The position numbers were made by a program, and so were the translations under genes. Positions 7,913-17,487 of a stretch of 38,060 nucleotides of DNA are shown here, piece after piece. The stretch comes from an uncultured Gammaproteobacteria bacterium (GTDB lineage Bacteria; Patescibacteriota; Microgenomatia; UBA12405; UBA6130): assembly GCA_964540975.1 (NCBI GenBank), contig CAZIOQ010000055.1:1-38060 (forward strand), written 5' to 3'. Position 1 is the first letter of the stretch, and the number at the start of each line of letters is the position of its first letter. The notes beneath the pieces were generated by a model, which was not told where the DNA came from, did not search any database, and saw only the letters and a list, made by a program, of their open reading frames with translations.

Positions 7913-9319
7913 ATGGAAATTAGTTTAAAAAAGATCAGCACCAATAAATGGCTCGTTGAAGATGGAGAGAAAAAAAGAGCCAAGGTAATTGTTTATCTTG
8001 ATGATCAATTAGTGGCCACAGTAAAAAAAGATCGCTCTTTGATCCAATTGCTTGAAGCAGCCAAATTGCCTCATATTTTGTCTCCGGTGGTGGGAATGCC
8101 TGATATTCATGAAGGTTTTGGTTTGCCAATTGGGGGAGTGATGGCGGCGGAAAATTTGGTTTCTGCTGGGGCAGTGGGAATGGATATTAATTGCGGGGTG
8201 AGGCTTTTGGTTAGTCCTTTAAAATATGACCCAGCCAGGTTTAATCAAGATTTTCTCCGTCAATTGATTAGGGAAATTGAAAGGGAAGTGCCGGTTGGTT
8301 TAGGCAGTCGCCATCAACAGTCTTTGGGACTAAATTTTGAAAAAATTATTGTTGAAGGTGTTCCATTTTTAATCAAACAAGGCCTTGGGCAACCAGGAGA
8401 GGAGAAGATGATCGAGGAAGAAGGTTGTCTTTCGGGAGCGAGGTTAGAGGTTTTGTCAGACCAGGCAATCAAAAGAGCGAGAAATGAGTTAGGCACCTTA
8501 GGCTCAGGCAATCATTTTATTGAAATTCAAATGGTTGAGGAAATTTTTGATGACGAGTTGTGCCAAAAGTGGGGGATTTTTGAGGACCAAATCTGTTTGA
8601 TGATTCATACTGGTTCGCGGGCCTTAGGCCACCAGACCTGTATTGATTACACCAACAGATTTTTTAGCCAACAGTCAAAGTTTGGCATTACGGTGCCAAA
8701 CAAAAATTTGGCTGCTGTTCCCCAAGATAGTAGTCTGGGCCAGGCCTATTTGTCAGCAATGGCCGGCGCGGTTAATTTTGCTTTTGCCAACCGCCAGCTG
8801 ATTACCCATCTTATTCGCCAAGTTTTTAAAAAGAATTTCGGCCCTCAAGGAGAGTTAAGGTTAATTTATGATGTTGCTCACAATATTGCTAAATGGGAGG
8901 AGCATCAGAAGAAAAAAGTTTTGGTTCATCGAAAAGGAGCCACCAGAGCCCTGCCCAAAAACCATCCTTTAATCCCAAAAGTTTATCAATCAACTGGTCA
9001 GCCAGCAATTGTCCCTGGCAGCATGGGAACATCTTCTTTTCTGATGGTTGGTTTACCGCCGGCGGCAGAAACTTATTTTTCAATTAACCATGGTGCGGGG
9101 AGGGCGATGAGCCGAGGAGAAGCAATCAGAACAATAAAACTTAAAGATTTTGAGTCAAAAATGGCCACCGTGGTTTACAACCGACCATTCAAAATGATTG
9201 TTGATGAAGCCCCCCAGGCTTATAAAGACATTAACTTAGTGGTGGAGACTTTGGTTAAGCCAGGATTAAGCAAAAAAGTTTGTCGCCTAAAGCCTTTGAC
9301 AGTGATTAAAGGAACTTGA
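7913..9319 (+). CDS. rtcB: RNA-splicing ligase RtcB
   Basis: Contains GMPDIHEGFGLPIGGV, DINCGVR, GSGNHFIE, HTGSRALGH and SINHGAGR. The ATG at 7913 is preferred over the TTG at 7898. Confidence 0.93.
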   Translation: MEISLKKISTNKWLVEDGEKKRAKVIVYLDDQLVATVKKDRSLIQLLEAAKLPHILSPVVGMPDIHEGFGLPIGGVMAAENLVSAGAVGMDINCGVRLLVSPLKYDPARFNQDFLRQLIREIEREVPVGLGSRHQQSLGLNFEKIIVEGVPFLIKQGLGQPGEEKMIEEEGCLSGARLEVLSDQAIKRARNELGTLGSGNHFIEIQMVEEIFDDELCQKWGIFEDQICLMIHTGSRALGHQTCIDYTNRFFSQQSKFGITVPNKNLAAVPQDSSLGQAYLSAMAGAVNFAFANRQLITHLIRQVFKKNFGPQGELRLIYDVAHNIAKWEEHQKKKVLVHRKGATRALPKNHPLIPKVYQSTGQPAIVPGSMGTSSFLMVGLPPAAETYFSINHGAGRAMSRGEAIRTIKLKDFESKMATVVYNRPFKMIVDEAPQAYKDINLVVETLVKPGLSKKVCRLKPLTVIKGT

Positions 9320-9364
9320 AACGATTTTTTAGGCAAAGATCACCAAACGGAGTAATTGGCAGAA

Positions 9365-10633
9365 TTACTTAATGGTTAGAGCATAAAGATTGGCGGGTAG
9401 ATTAGAATAAAGAGAGGTAAGAATCATCAGCCGATTGCCATCAGGCCAGGGATAAACACAACTATCTTCAAATGGCCCGGCAAAAAGAACTTGTTCGTTG
9501 CTTCCATCATATTCAATCACCTTAATCTTGTTTTCTTCAACAAAAATCAAATGCCTGTTAGTGGCAAGCCAATAAATTGGTTGATAATTTAGCCTGGCTA
9601 ATTTTTCTCCAAGAGTTTCTCCCGGCTTTAATTTTTCAGCTTCCACTCCCAACTGGTCTTTTTCACCAATCAAAAAGTTGGTATCTTCCTTAAGATCATA
9701 AACATAAACATTATTAGGCTTTATTTCTCTTTGCTCTGGCTGATCAGATCTAGCCGGTGGATGAGAGATCAGATTTTCCGGAATAGTGGCACTCTGGGTA
9801 GCAAGATAAAAAAATTTTTCTTCATTAGGAGAAAAAGTGATCAAAACAGCTGATTTAGTCAGCGGGTCCCAAAGTTCTTTTGGTAAAAGTTTTAATTTAA
9901 CTTCCAATAAAGAATCTTTCTCTTTTTGCCATTGATCAACAAGAGCCAAAAGATTAAAACTAATATCCCTTAATTGATCAACAGAAGTGAATCTATCAGC
10001 CGGAAGAAGATAAGCTCTATCAACTTCGTCTTTGGAATTAAGAAAAAAAGCAAGGATTTGTCTTGAGTCAGGACTCCAAACAAATTTTGCTTTACTCCAA
10101 TCATAATAAATGCTATTGTTAGTTAGCTGCCTTGTTTGGTCTCGAGCAATATTCAAAGGTTGGGTAGTCAAATCATTAAGCCAAACTCCATTTTTAGTCT
10201 GAGCCGAGGCCGAAGCAACACTATAAACTACCTTTAATCCATCCGGAGAAAGGGTTGGATTAAGAGCGCCAGCCAAAGTAATTGGTTTCAAATCAGGAGC
10301 ATTCCGAAAAAGATGAGCTTCTGTTTGTTTAACAATTTCTTTTTTGATTTCAATTGTTTTTTCCCAAGGAAGGAAGCCATCTTTGACAATTTTTATTTTG
10401 TAAGTGTCAGGAACAAGGTTAACGGTGTCATCAGTAGCAGTCACTAATTTGTCATTAACAAAAACTGAAGCGCCTTTTGGGATCGAGTTAGCGACCAAAA
10501 GCCCGGTGCCAGTTAAAAGTTTATTCTTAATATCTGGTTTGTATCCGCGGATAAAAAAGCCAGCAACAATTACGCCGGCAAAGATGGAAATAAAAACAGA
10601 GATCAAAACTAACCAAGATCTTTTTGGGTTCAT
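9365..10633 (-). CDS. PEGA-domain membrane-anchored protein with a TolB-like beta-propeller region
   Basis: An N-terminal TM helix follows MNPKRSW. The PEGA-like segment is PKGASVFVNDKLV...YKIKIVKDGFLPWEKTIEIKK. SPDG/WSPDS repeats are typical of TolB-type propellers. Confidence 0.75.
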   Translation of the reverse strand: MNPKRSWLVLISVFISIFAGVIVAGFFIRGYKPDIKNKLLTGTGLLVANSIPKGASVFVNDKLVTATDDTVNLVPDTYKIKIVKDGFLPWEKTIEIKKEIVKQTEAHLFRNAPDLKPITLAGALNPTLSPDGLKVVYSVASASAQTKNGVWLNDLTTQPLNIARDQTRQLTNNSIYYDWSKAKFVWSPDSRQILAFFLNSKDEVDRAYLLPADRFTSVDQLRDISFNLLALVDQWQKEKDSLLEVKLKLLPKELWDPLTKSAVLITFSPNEEKFFYLATQSATIPENLISHPPARSDQPEQREIKPNNVYVYDLKEDTNFLIGEKDQLGVEAEKLKPGETLGEKLARLNYQPIYWLATNRHLIFVEENKIKVIEYDGSNEQVLFAGPFEDSCVYPWPDGNRLMILTSLYSNLPANLYALTIK

Positions 10634-10766
10634 TGAATTGATAATAACAAAACCAAGTTGACAAATCAATGGCAAAAAATCTTTTAATTCCGCCTCTTAA
10701 AAAACTTAGTCTTGCCCCAATCTACTGTGGTTGGCGCTTAATGATTGATGGTGTTAAACTTAATTG

Positions 10767-11417
10767 ATGTTTGTGGTTGATTTTTCTTTTGAAAAAAGGA
10801 TTTGGCAGCGGAAAAAATTAGCGGTTGGGGTAGATGAAGTAGGGAGAGGTGCTCTTGCCGGACCAGTACTCGCTGCCGCGGTTATTTGGCCAAAGTTAAC
10901 GAAAACAAAGGAGCAAGAAATTTTGTCCGTAGGGATTAATGATTCTAAAAAATTAAAACCGCGGCAGCGAGAAAAACTAGCCTACTTTATCAAAAAGAAT
11001 TGTTTGGCTTGGGGAATAGGACAAAGCAGTGTGGCAAAGATTAATCGCTTGGGAATTGTTAAGGCGGTCCAAAAAGCAATGAGACAGGCAGTTGCTGAGG
11101 CTCAAAAAAGATTAAAAAAGAAGACACCGCTATTTTTACTGGTTGATGCCTTCCATGTTAAATATGTGCCGGGAATTAGATTAAAAAATCAAAAGCCAAT
11201 TATCAAGGGCGATCAAAAATCAATTTCAATCGCCGCCGCCTCAATTATTGCCAAAGTTGATCGAGACAAAACAATGGTTAAGCTTTCGCCTCGTTATCCA
11301 AAATATAATTGGGGAAGAAATAAAGGCTATGGCACCAAAATCCATCGACAAGCGATTAAAAAATTTGGGGCCACTCGCTGGCACCGAAAACAATATATTA
11401 TCAACTGGCTTAATTGA
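10767..11417 (+). CDS. rnhB: Ribonuclease HII
   Basis: Contains VGVDEVGRGALAGPVLAAAV, DSKKL and ASIIAKVDRD. Confidence 0.92.
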   Translation: MFVVDFSFEKRIWQRKKLAVGVDEVGRGALAGPVLAAAVIWPKLTKTKEQEILSVGINDSKKLKPRQREKLAYFIKKNCLAWGIGQSSVAKINRLGIVKAVQKAMRQAVAEAQKRLKKKTPLFLLVDAFHVKYVPGIRLKNQKPIIKGDQKSISIAAASIIAKVDRDKTMVKLSPRYPKYNWGRNKGYGTKIHRQAIKKFGATRWHRKQYIINWLN

Positions 11418-11468
11418 CAGCTTGAGTAGGCATAATCTTTCTCGTCGATTGGTAATTTTTTCTTAATT

Positions 11469-11477
11469 TGTTATAAT
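11469..11477 (+). promoter_or_regulatory. Extended -10 element TGTTATAAT upstream of mreB
   Basis: A TGnTATAAT motif lies about 105 nt upstream of ATG 11583. Confidence 0.35.
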
Positions 11478-11582
11478 GATTTTAAGACCTGGGAAAAAAT
11501 ATCTTAAGACAACCAAAATGTATCAGAGTATATCAAAATTTAATGGTTAAGAAAATAATTTTGGACAAATTTTTTGATCAAA

Positions 11583-12587
11583 ATGCCACTTTTTAAAAGA
11601 TTAGGGATTGATCTTGGGACGACCAATTCTTTAGTCTGGGAAGTAGGTAGAGGGATAGTTTTAAATGAGCCGACAGTCATAGCAGTTTCTTTGGACAACA
11701 ATCGGATTTTAGCTGTTGGTCGAGAGGCAAAAGCAATGGTGGGTAAAGCTCCGGAATATATTTCAGTTCGGCGGCCAATGCGAGAGGGAGTAATTGCTGA
11801 TTATGAGGCAACAGAGGCAATGCTTAAGTTTTTTATTAGAAAAGTTTGCGGTTCAACTGCTTTATTTAAACCTGAAGTTTTGCTTTGTGTTCCTGCCGGA
11901 GTGACGCAGGTTGAACAGCGGGCAGTTGTTGAGGCCACTTTAGCCGCTGGCGCCAGAGTGGCTTGGTTGATTGATGAGCCTTTGGCCGCGGCAATCGGCG
12001 CTCAAATCCCAATCGCCGAACCATCAGGCAATATGATTGTTGATATTGGGGGTGGTTCTTGTGAGGCAGCAGTGATTTCTTTGGGTGGGGTAGTCAATCA
12101 TCGCAGTTTAAGGGTGGCGGGTAATAAGCTAGATGAAGCAATTATGAATTATTTGAGAAAAAAATTTAATTTGTTGATTGGTGAACAGACGGCGGAATTG
12201 ATTAAGATTAAAATTGGTGGGGCAATCGTGCCTAAAAAACAAGAGGGTTTAGAAATTCGCGGCCGAGATTCGATCACTGGTATGCCGAAGAAAATTTTTT
12301 TGACAGCAGCTCAAGTAGTTGAGGCCATTGAGGAACCTTTAAACCAGATTTTGGCTGCGATCAAAGGAGTTTTGGAAGAAACTCCCCCGGAATTGGTTTC
12401 AGATGTGGTGGAAAAGGGAATTATTTTAAGCGGCGGAACAGCTCTCTTGCAGGATTTAGACAAATTTTTTACTAGCCAATTGGGAGTAGTTTGCCATTTG
12501 GTTGATGAACCGCTTTTGTCAGTTGTCAAAGGGACGGGAATGGTTTTAGAAAATTTGGAGACTTATAAAAAGTCTTTGAAAAAATGA
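11583..12587 (+). CDS. mreB: Rod shape-determining protein MreB
   Basis: Contains GIDLGTTNSLV, MREGVIADYE, DEPLAAAIGA, VDIGGGSCE and ILSGGTALL. Confidence 0.93.
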   Translation: MPLFKRLGIDLGTTNSLVWEVGRGIVLNEPTVIAVSLDNNRILAVGREAKAMVGKAPEYISVRRPMREGVIADYEATEAMLKFFIRKVCGSTALFKPEVLLCVPAGVTQVEQRAVVEATLAAGARVAWLIDEPLAAAIGAQIPIAEPSGNMIVDIGGGSCEAAVISLGGVVNHRSLRVAGNKLDEAIMNYLRKKFNLLIGEQTAELIKIKIGGAIVPKKQEGLEIRGRDSITGMPKKIFLTAAQVVEAIEEPLNQILAAIKGVLEETPPELVSDVVEKGIILSGGTALLQDLDKFFTSQLGVVCHLVDEPLLSVVKGTGMVLENLETYKKSLKK

Positions 12588-13068
12588 CGTCTTTTCCGTC
12601 TGTGGAAGGGCATAAGTTTCGCAGACGCGAAAATAATAAATTGCTTAAGAAATAAGACTTATTTCTTATTAATTTAGGTTATTTTTTCGGAGAAAAATAA
12701 TTATTTTGTAATTGCCTATATTTATAAAAGAAAAACTCATATAAGATTTGTATGCTTAAAACCAAATTAAATAATATTTTCTATTTATAGGGTTTATCTT
12801 AAAAATAAAATGATAAAATTTTTTGATCAAAACAGTCTTTTTGCCCTAAAATGCTATTAGTTAATATATCCTTATAATATAAAATCTTTAGCGGCTTTAA
12901 TCATTAAATGCTAAATAAACTTAGTATTATATTAAAGGATATAATAATTTTTAAAAAAATTATTGATTATTGTTGGCAAAAATTTTAAAAGCACTTTTTG
13001 CCAGAACCAAGAAAACAAAAATTAAATTTTAAAAGACAAATTTTGACTAAAAAACAAAGAAAAACGAA

Positions 13069-13953
13069 ATGAATATCGAGAAAAAGACCCAGAAGAAGCG
13101 GGAAATTTTAAAAATAGCCCTAAATAGCAATTCCAAGAAAGATCTGCTAGGACAAATTGAGAATTTGATTGAAAAAAATAGGCAGATAACCGTGGTTACC
13201 CCTAACCCAGAGTTTGTGGTTTTGGGAGAAAAAGACCGATCTTTCGCCAAAATCTTAAATAGGGCGGATTTTGTCTTGCCCGATGGCAGTTATCTTTTTT
13301 GGGCAAAATTCATTCAAGAAAGGCGGCGAGAGCAAAAAAATTATCAAAAATGGCCTTTAGTATTAAAAATTTTTATCAGTGGGTTTTGGGGAATCGAAGC
13401 GAGCTTAAAAATCCATGGCGGTAATTTAGCGGAAAAAAGGATTACAGGAACCGATTTTATGGTTGATCTTTTAAAGCTGGCGGCAGCTAAAAAATGGCAG
13501 GCTTTTTTTCTTGGCGCTGGACCGGGAATAGCCTATAAAGCGGGGGAGAAGCTTAAAGAAAAGATCCCGGGATTAAAAATTGCTGGTTTTTTTTCTGGTA
13601 ATGCTGATCCAAAAGGAGATAGAAAGAGCTGTTTTGAGATTAAAAAGGCGATAAGAAAGCTAAAAGACAAAAAAATAGAGCTTTTGTTTGTTGCTTATGG
13701 GATGGGGAAACAGGAAAGATGGATATCAAGAAATTTGCCTAAAGTTCCAGTTAATTTAGCGATGGGCGTTGGGGGAGCTTTTGATTATTATTCTGGTTTA
13801 GTTCCTCGGGCGCCTTTGTGGCTGAGAAAACGGGGTGGAGAATGGTTTTATCGACTTTTTAAACAGCCTTGGAGAATCAAAAGACAACTGAGACTTTTAA
13901 AGTTTTTATGGCTAGTGCTTTCCGAAAAGGTGTTTTTGGACTTCAAAAATTAA
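13069..13953 (+). CDS. WecB/TagA/CpsF-family glycosyltransferase
   Basis: Contains VVTPNPEFVV and ADFVLPDGSYLFWA. The C-terminus MGVGGAFDYYSGLVPRAPLWLRKRGGEWFYRLFKQPWRIKR is characteristic of the family. Confidence 0.85.
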   Translation: MNIEKKTQKKREILKIALNSNSKKDLLGQIENLIEKNRQITVVTPNPEFVVLGEKDRSFAKILNRADFVLPDGSYLFWAKFIQERRREQKNYQKWPLVLKIFISGFWGIEASLKIHGGNLAEKRITGTDFMVDLLKLAAAKKWQAFFLGAGPGIAYKAGEKLKEKIPGLKIAGFFSGNADPKGDRKSCFEIKKAIRKLKDKKIELLFVAYGMGKQERWISRNLPKVPVNLAMGVGGAFDYYSGLVPRAPLWLRKRGGEWFYRLFKQPWRIKRQLRLLKFLWLVLSEKVFLDFKN

Positions 13954-14411
13954 TCCCCACCTAATATCTTCTAATATTTATATTAAAGGCCTTTGACTCT
14001 AGGTTATTTTGGACGAACATGTAAAATTTGTTGATATCAAATTAATCTTTTAGGATATTTGAGTATTATTTGAAATAATTTGATATATATTATTAATTTC
14101 AAGCTGGAATTTTTGATTTTTAATTAGCTTCTCCGCTCAATATAATCGCATAAAAACCGCAAGATATGTTTTTTAAATTTAATTTTTGTGAAAATAATGT
14201 GAAATAATAAAATTTAACAATTTTTCCCTTCAACAAAAGCTGATTTTTTTATAGGATAGAATTTGGGGTAGTTTTATTTGATCTGTTTGATAATGGTAGG
14301 GGGGCAGTTTAACAATTGGGAAGATGGAAAAGATGGGTTGGTGAGATCATCTTAAGGCGCGGAACAAAATTTTTTGGTAGAGATGAGAATTTGGTGTAAA
14401 ATAGAGCTAAG

Positions 14412-15311
14412 ATGAAAACAGTTATTTTTGATGGCCAGAAAGCAGGTAGGAAAATAGGAGAAAAATTAAAAACGAAGCTTGAGAAACTAAAAAAGCAGGG
14501 GAAAATTCCAAGTTTGGTTTCAATTTTAGTTGGTGACAATTTGGCAAGTAAAATTTACCTTAAAAAGAAAAAGGAGTTTGCGGCCAGGATCGGTCTTGAT
14601 TTTAAAACTTTTTATTTTCAACCAAATGAGATTAAGAAAATTAAAAGGACAATTGGAGATTTAAATTGTGATCAGAATGTTGGTGGAATAATGGTTCAAC
14701 TGCCATTACCTGATGATTGGTTAGCAAAAGACAAGTTAACAGTCTTGAACTTGATTAGTCCGGAAAAAGATGTTGATTGTTTAACTGCTTTCAATCTTGG
14801 CCGCTTGTTTTTAGGTCAACCTTTGTATCTGCCAGCAACAGTTTTGGCAATCAAGAAAATTCTTCAACTAGCAGGTCTTAACAAAAATAATATTTTAGGA
14901 AAAAATGCCTGTGTTGTGGGAAAATCATCACTTATTGGCAAACCAACAGCAATTTTGCTAACTAATATGGGAGCAACGGTGACTGTTTGTCATCGGCAAA
15001 CAAAAGATTTGATTGGTTATACCGCTAAAGCTGATATTTTAATTTCCGCCACCGGTCAACCAAATTTAATTAACGGGAGAATGGTCAAAAAGGGAGCGAT
15101 TGCCATTGATGTCGGTTCGCCCAAACCAGATTTTGATTTTAAATCAGTGAGCAAAAAGGCGAAGTTTATCACTCCGGTGCCTAGCGGAGTCGGGCCGATG
15201 ACTGTTGCTTGTTTAATGGAAAATTTTCTCCAGTCGATTTCTGGCAACAGTTTTTTGTTCGCTGACCAGAATATAAAACTGGCAGGGAAGGCAGCAAAAG
15301 ATGAGTTTTAA
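14412..15311 (+). CDS. folD: Bifunctional methylenetetrahydrofolate dehydrogenase/cyclohydrolase
   Basis: Contains PSLVSILVGDNLASKIYLKKK, IMVQLPLP, VVGKSSLIGKP and PSGVGPMTVACLMEN. Confidence 0.93.
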   Translation: MKTVIFDGQKAGRKIGEKLKTKLEKLKKQGKIPSLVSILVGDNLASKIYLKKKKEFAARIGLDFKTFYFQPNEIKKIKRTIGDLNCDQNVGGIMVQLPLPDDWLAKDKLTVLNLISPEKDVDCLTAFNLGRLFLGQPLYLPATVLAIKKILQLAGLNKNNILGKNACVVGKSSLIGKPTAILLTNMGATVTVCHRQTKDLIGYTAKADILISATGQPNLINGRMVKKGAIAIDVGSPKPDFDFKSVSKKAKFITPVPSGVGPMTVACLMENFLQSISGNSFLFADQNIKLAGKAAKDEF

Positions 15312-16170
15312 AGAAAAATTTTTTCCTGTTACTGCCGAGATCAAAATGAAGCCTCTCTGCCCGGGGAAGGGCGAAATTTCCCCGGTTGGTTCGGCTTATG
15401 ATCACGGGATTATTTTAAGGCACGAAACAAACAAAAATTATCTACTTTTGCGCCCAATTTTGTTAATTATCAAAAATCAACTTTACCGATTAGAGATCAA
15501 AAACAAAGAAAACCTTTGGGATTTAAAAGAGTTGTTAAAGCACAATTCAGTGGTAATTTATATTAACCATTTGACTTCTGTTGACCCCCTTTTTATTATG
15601 AGCAATTTGTTAGAAGAAGGTGATTTTGATTTCCAAATTGTTGCTCCGGTTTCAAGAAAACACTATGATTTTTTCCGTAAGCCCCTCAGTGCTCTTGCTT
15701 TTAGAATTGGTCAAGGGTTGGGAATTAAGCTTTATCCAATCGTTCAACATTATGACCATCAATCTTATTCTGAAAAGGAGGACTCAAGGTTAGCCTTAAG
15801 ATTTTTCTCTCAATTTAAAAAATTAAGCCAACAGCCAGGAACCGTGTTTCTGATTGCTCCTGAAGGAACAAGAAACGAGTTTGGGGTTAGTCTTCAGCCA
15901 GCTCAACCAGGAATTGGTCTAATGGCAAAAATAAACCCTGAGGTTTATTTTGCGCCCGTGGGAATTGTTCCCCAAGAAAAAATCACTTCTGGGCTTAATT
16001 TTGGCAGACAGTTTGCTCTTGTTTATGGTAAGCCTTTTCAGTTAGATCAACTAGAAGTTAAGGACAAAACCAGAATTGAAATCGCTCAAGATTTAATGAC
16101 CAGATTAGCTAACTTGTTACCGGAATCAATGCGAGGAGAATACCAATTGTTATCAAAGATTGCTTCTTGA
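15301..16170 (+). CDS. Lysophospholipid (PlsC-type) acyltransferase-like protein
   Basis: Has the HX4D motif in INHLTSVDP and a second acyltransferase block, IAPEGTRN. It overlaps the folD end by 11 nt. Confidence 0.75.
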   Translation: MSFKEKFFPVTAEIKMKPLCPGKGEISPVGSAYDHGIILRHETNKNYLLLRPILLIIKNQLYRLEIKNKENLWDLKELLKHNSVVIYINHLTSVDPLFIMSNLLEEGDFDFQIVAPVSRKHYDFFRKPLSALAFRIGQGLGIKLYPIVQHYDHQSYSEKEDSRLALRFFSQFKKLSQQPGTVFLIAPEGTRNEFGVSLQPAQPGIGLMAKINPEVYFAPVGIVPQEKITSGLNFGRQFALVYGKPFQLDQLEVKDKTRIEIAQDLMTRLANLLPESMRGEYQLLSKIAS

Positions 16171-16237
16171 CATATTAACTAACCTTTTGTTATCTTTATA
16201 CTATTAAAGTTATTTTTTGATTGATAATAAAAGAACA

Positions 16238-16456
16238 ATGGCTGAAACAAAGCAAAAAACCATTTCCTTAGACAACCTGCCTGATTTGTTAACTGTTAAA
16301 GAGGTGGCTCAAATTCTTCGGGTATCTCCCTTAACTATTAAAAGATGGGGCAAAAGAGGCAAGTTGCCACCGATTCGGATTAATTCTCGCGGTGATAGGA
16401 GATATCGCAAAAGCGCTGTTTTATATCTTTTAGGGATGGAGGAAAAGGAAGAGTAA
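16238..16456 (+). CDS. Excisionase/MerR-type helix-turn-helix DNA-binding protein
   Basis: LLTVKEVAQILRVSPLTIKRWGKRGKLPPIRINSRGDRRYRKSAV is a classic excisionase-family HTH. The ATG at 16238 is preferred over the TTG at 16217. Confidence 0.75.
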   Translation: MAETKQKTISLDNLPDLLTVKEVAQILRVSPLTIKRWGKRGKLPPIRINSRGDRRYRKSAVLYLLGMEEKEE

Positions 16457-16480
16457 CATTTTTCTTTGGGGCGACTCTTT

Positions 16481-17206
16481 TTAGGCGGGCAATTTGTCCC
16501 AAATATTAGTCGGACCTTCCTTTCTTTTTTGGTTTTCGATCGCTTCTTGTTTTTGGTGAATTAAAATTCTTATCTCTTCGACCATTTCTTGATTTTGGCT
16601 GATCCAATATCTTTCCTCCAAACGCTGAAGCAAAAACAGCTCAAAATGAGCAAGATTACCAGAGCGATTAACTGCCTCAAGGCTATCAAGGTATCTTTCT
16701 TTTTGGGAAGGCCAGATAATGATTGGTTTTAAGTCAAGTAGTTTCGCTACCAGATCAGCGAAAAGTCTGCCAGTACGGCCATTACCATCTTCAAAAGGAT
16801 GAATTCTGACAAAAATATAGTGGCTAAAAGCAACTGTTTGAATTTTTTTGGCTAAAGATTCCCTGGTTCGAGGAGCTGTTTTTAACGGTTCAATTTTGTT
16901 ATTTAAATCACTAACAAGTTCTCTCATTAGTTCAGGCACTCGCAGGTAATGGGGTGGGGTGACGCTGGCCTGAGAAATGCCCACATTACAAGTCCGATAT
17001 TTTCCGGTGGCACTTTCTGGCAAAATTCCATCCATAACCATAAAATGAATTTGTTTTATTGTTTCTTCGCTAATTGCTTCTTTTTTTCTTGCTATCCTAT
17101 CAGCATATTGCCATGCCCGATGAGCATTCTGAAAAGCTCTTATAGCTAATTTTTCTTGACCAAAAGGAAATTCAGGGGTTGGTTGGTTTGTTTGGATCTC
17201 CACCAT
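16481..17206 (-). CDS. Fic-domain protein (AMPylase-type toxin)
   Basis: Carries the canonical Fic motif HPFEDGNGRTGR (HxFx[D/E]GNGRxxR). The ATG at 17206 is preferred over the TTG at 17221. Confidence 0.9.
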   Translation of the reverse strand: MVEIQTNQPTPEFPFGQEKLAIRAFQNAHRAWQYADRIARKKEAISEETIKQIHFMVMDGILPESATGKYRTCNVGISQASVTPPHYLRVPELMRELVSDLNNKIEPLKTAPRTRESLAKKIQTVAFSHYIFVRIHPFEDGNGRTGRLFADLVAKLLDLKPIIIWPSQKERYLDSLEAVNRSGNLAHFELFLLQRLEERYWISQNQEMVEEIRILIHQKQEAIENQKRKEGPTNIWDKLPA

Positions 17207-17417
17207 TATTATTCTTAGCAAATATTTTAGTCAATTGATCAATTGTTGAAGGAGACAAATCAAATTTTTCTTCAAGCATTCTTTTGAGGGTTTTTGAGGA
17301 AAGAAAGATGTTTTCTAAGGCTAAGTTAGCCAGGATCGCCGCTGCCTTTTCAAATTTTTCAAGCTCCTGAAGTTGATTTTGGTTATTGTGATCAATATCT
17401 TTTTCTTTGCTTAACAT
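17172..17417 (-). CDS. VbhA-like antitoxin / Fic inhibitory-helix protein (candidate)
   Basis: An 81-aa ORF directly upstream of Fic whose 3' end overlaps the Fic start. ANLALENIFLSS aligns with the [S/T]xxxE[G/N] inhibitory motif, with N replacing S/T. Confidence 0.6.
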   Translation of the reverse strand: MLSKEKDIDHNNQNQLQELEKFEKAAAILANLALENIFLSSKTLKRMLEEKFDLSPSTIDQLTKIFAKNNNGGDPNKPTNP

Positions 17418-17422
17418 AACCT

Positions 17423-17430
17423 ATTATACA
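17423..17430 (-). promoter_or_regulatory. Extended -10 TGTATAAT only 5 nt upstream of the antitoxin ATG (implies a leaderless mRNA)
   Basis: The minus strand reads TTGTATAATAGGTTATG. There is no SD. Confidence 0.4.
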
Positions 17431-17487
17431 ATATTTTGGCTAGATTTTCTTCTGATTTTTTAGTCTGCAATTGGTTTTGGGTGGCTT

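Noticed and set aside
14200-14411. ZTP (pfl) or THF riboswitch upstream of folD
   Set aside because: folD is a classic ZTP target, so I looked for one. The conserved GGGTCGTGA / CCGCCTGGGC-type pseudoknot elements and the THF core are absent, and only a weak AGATG...CATCT stem is present.
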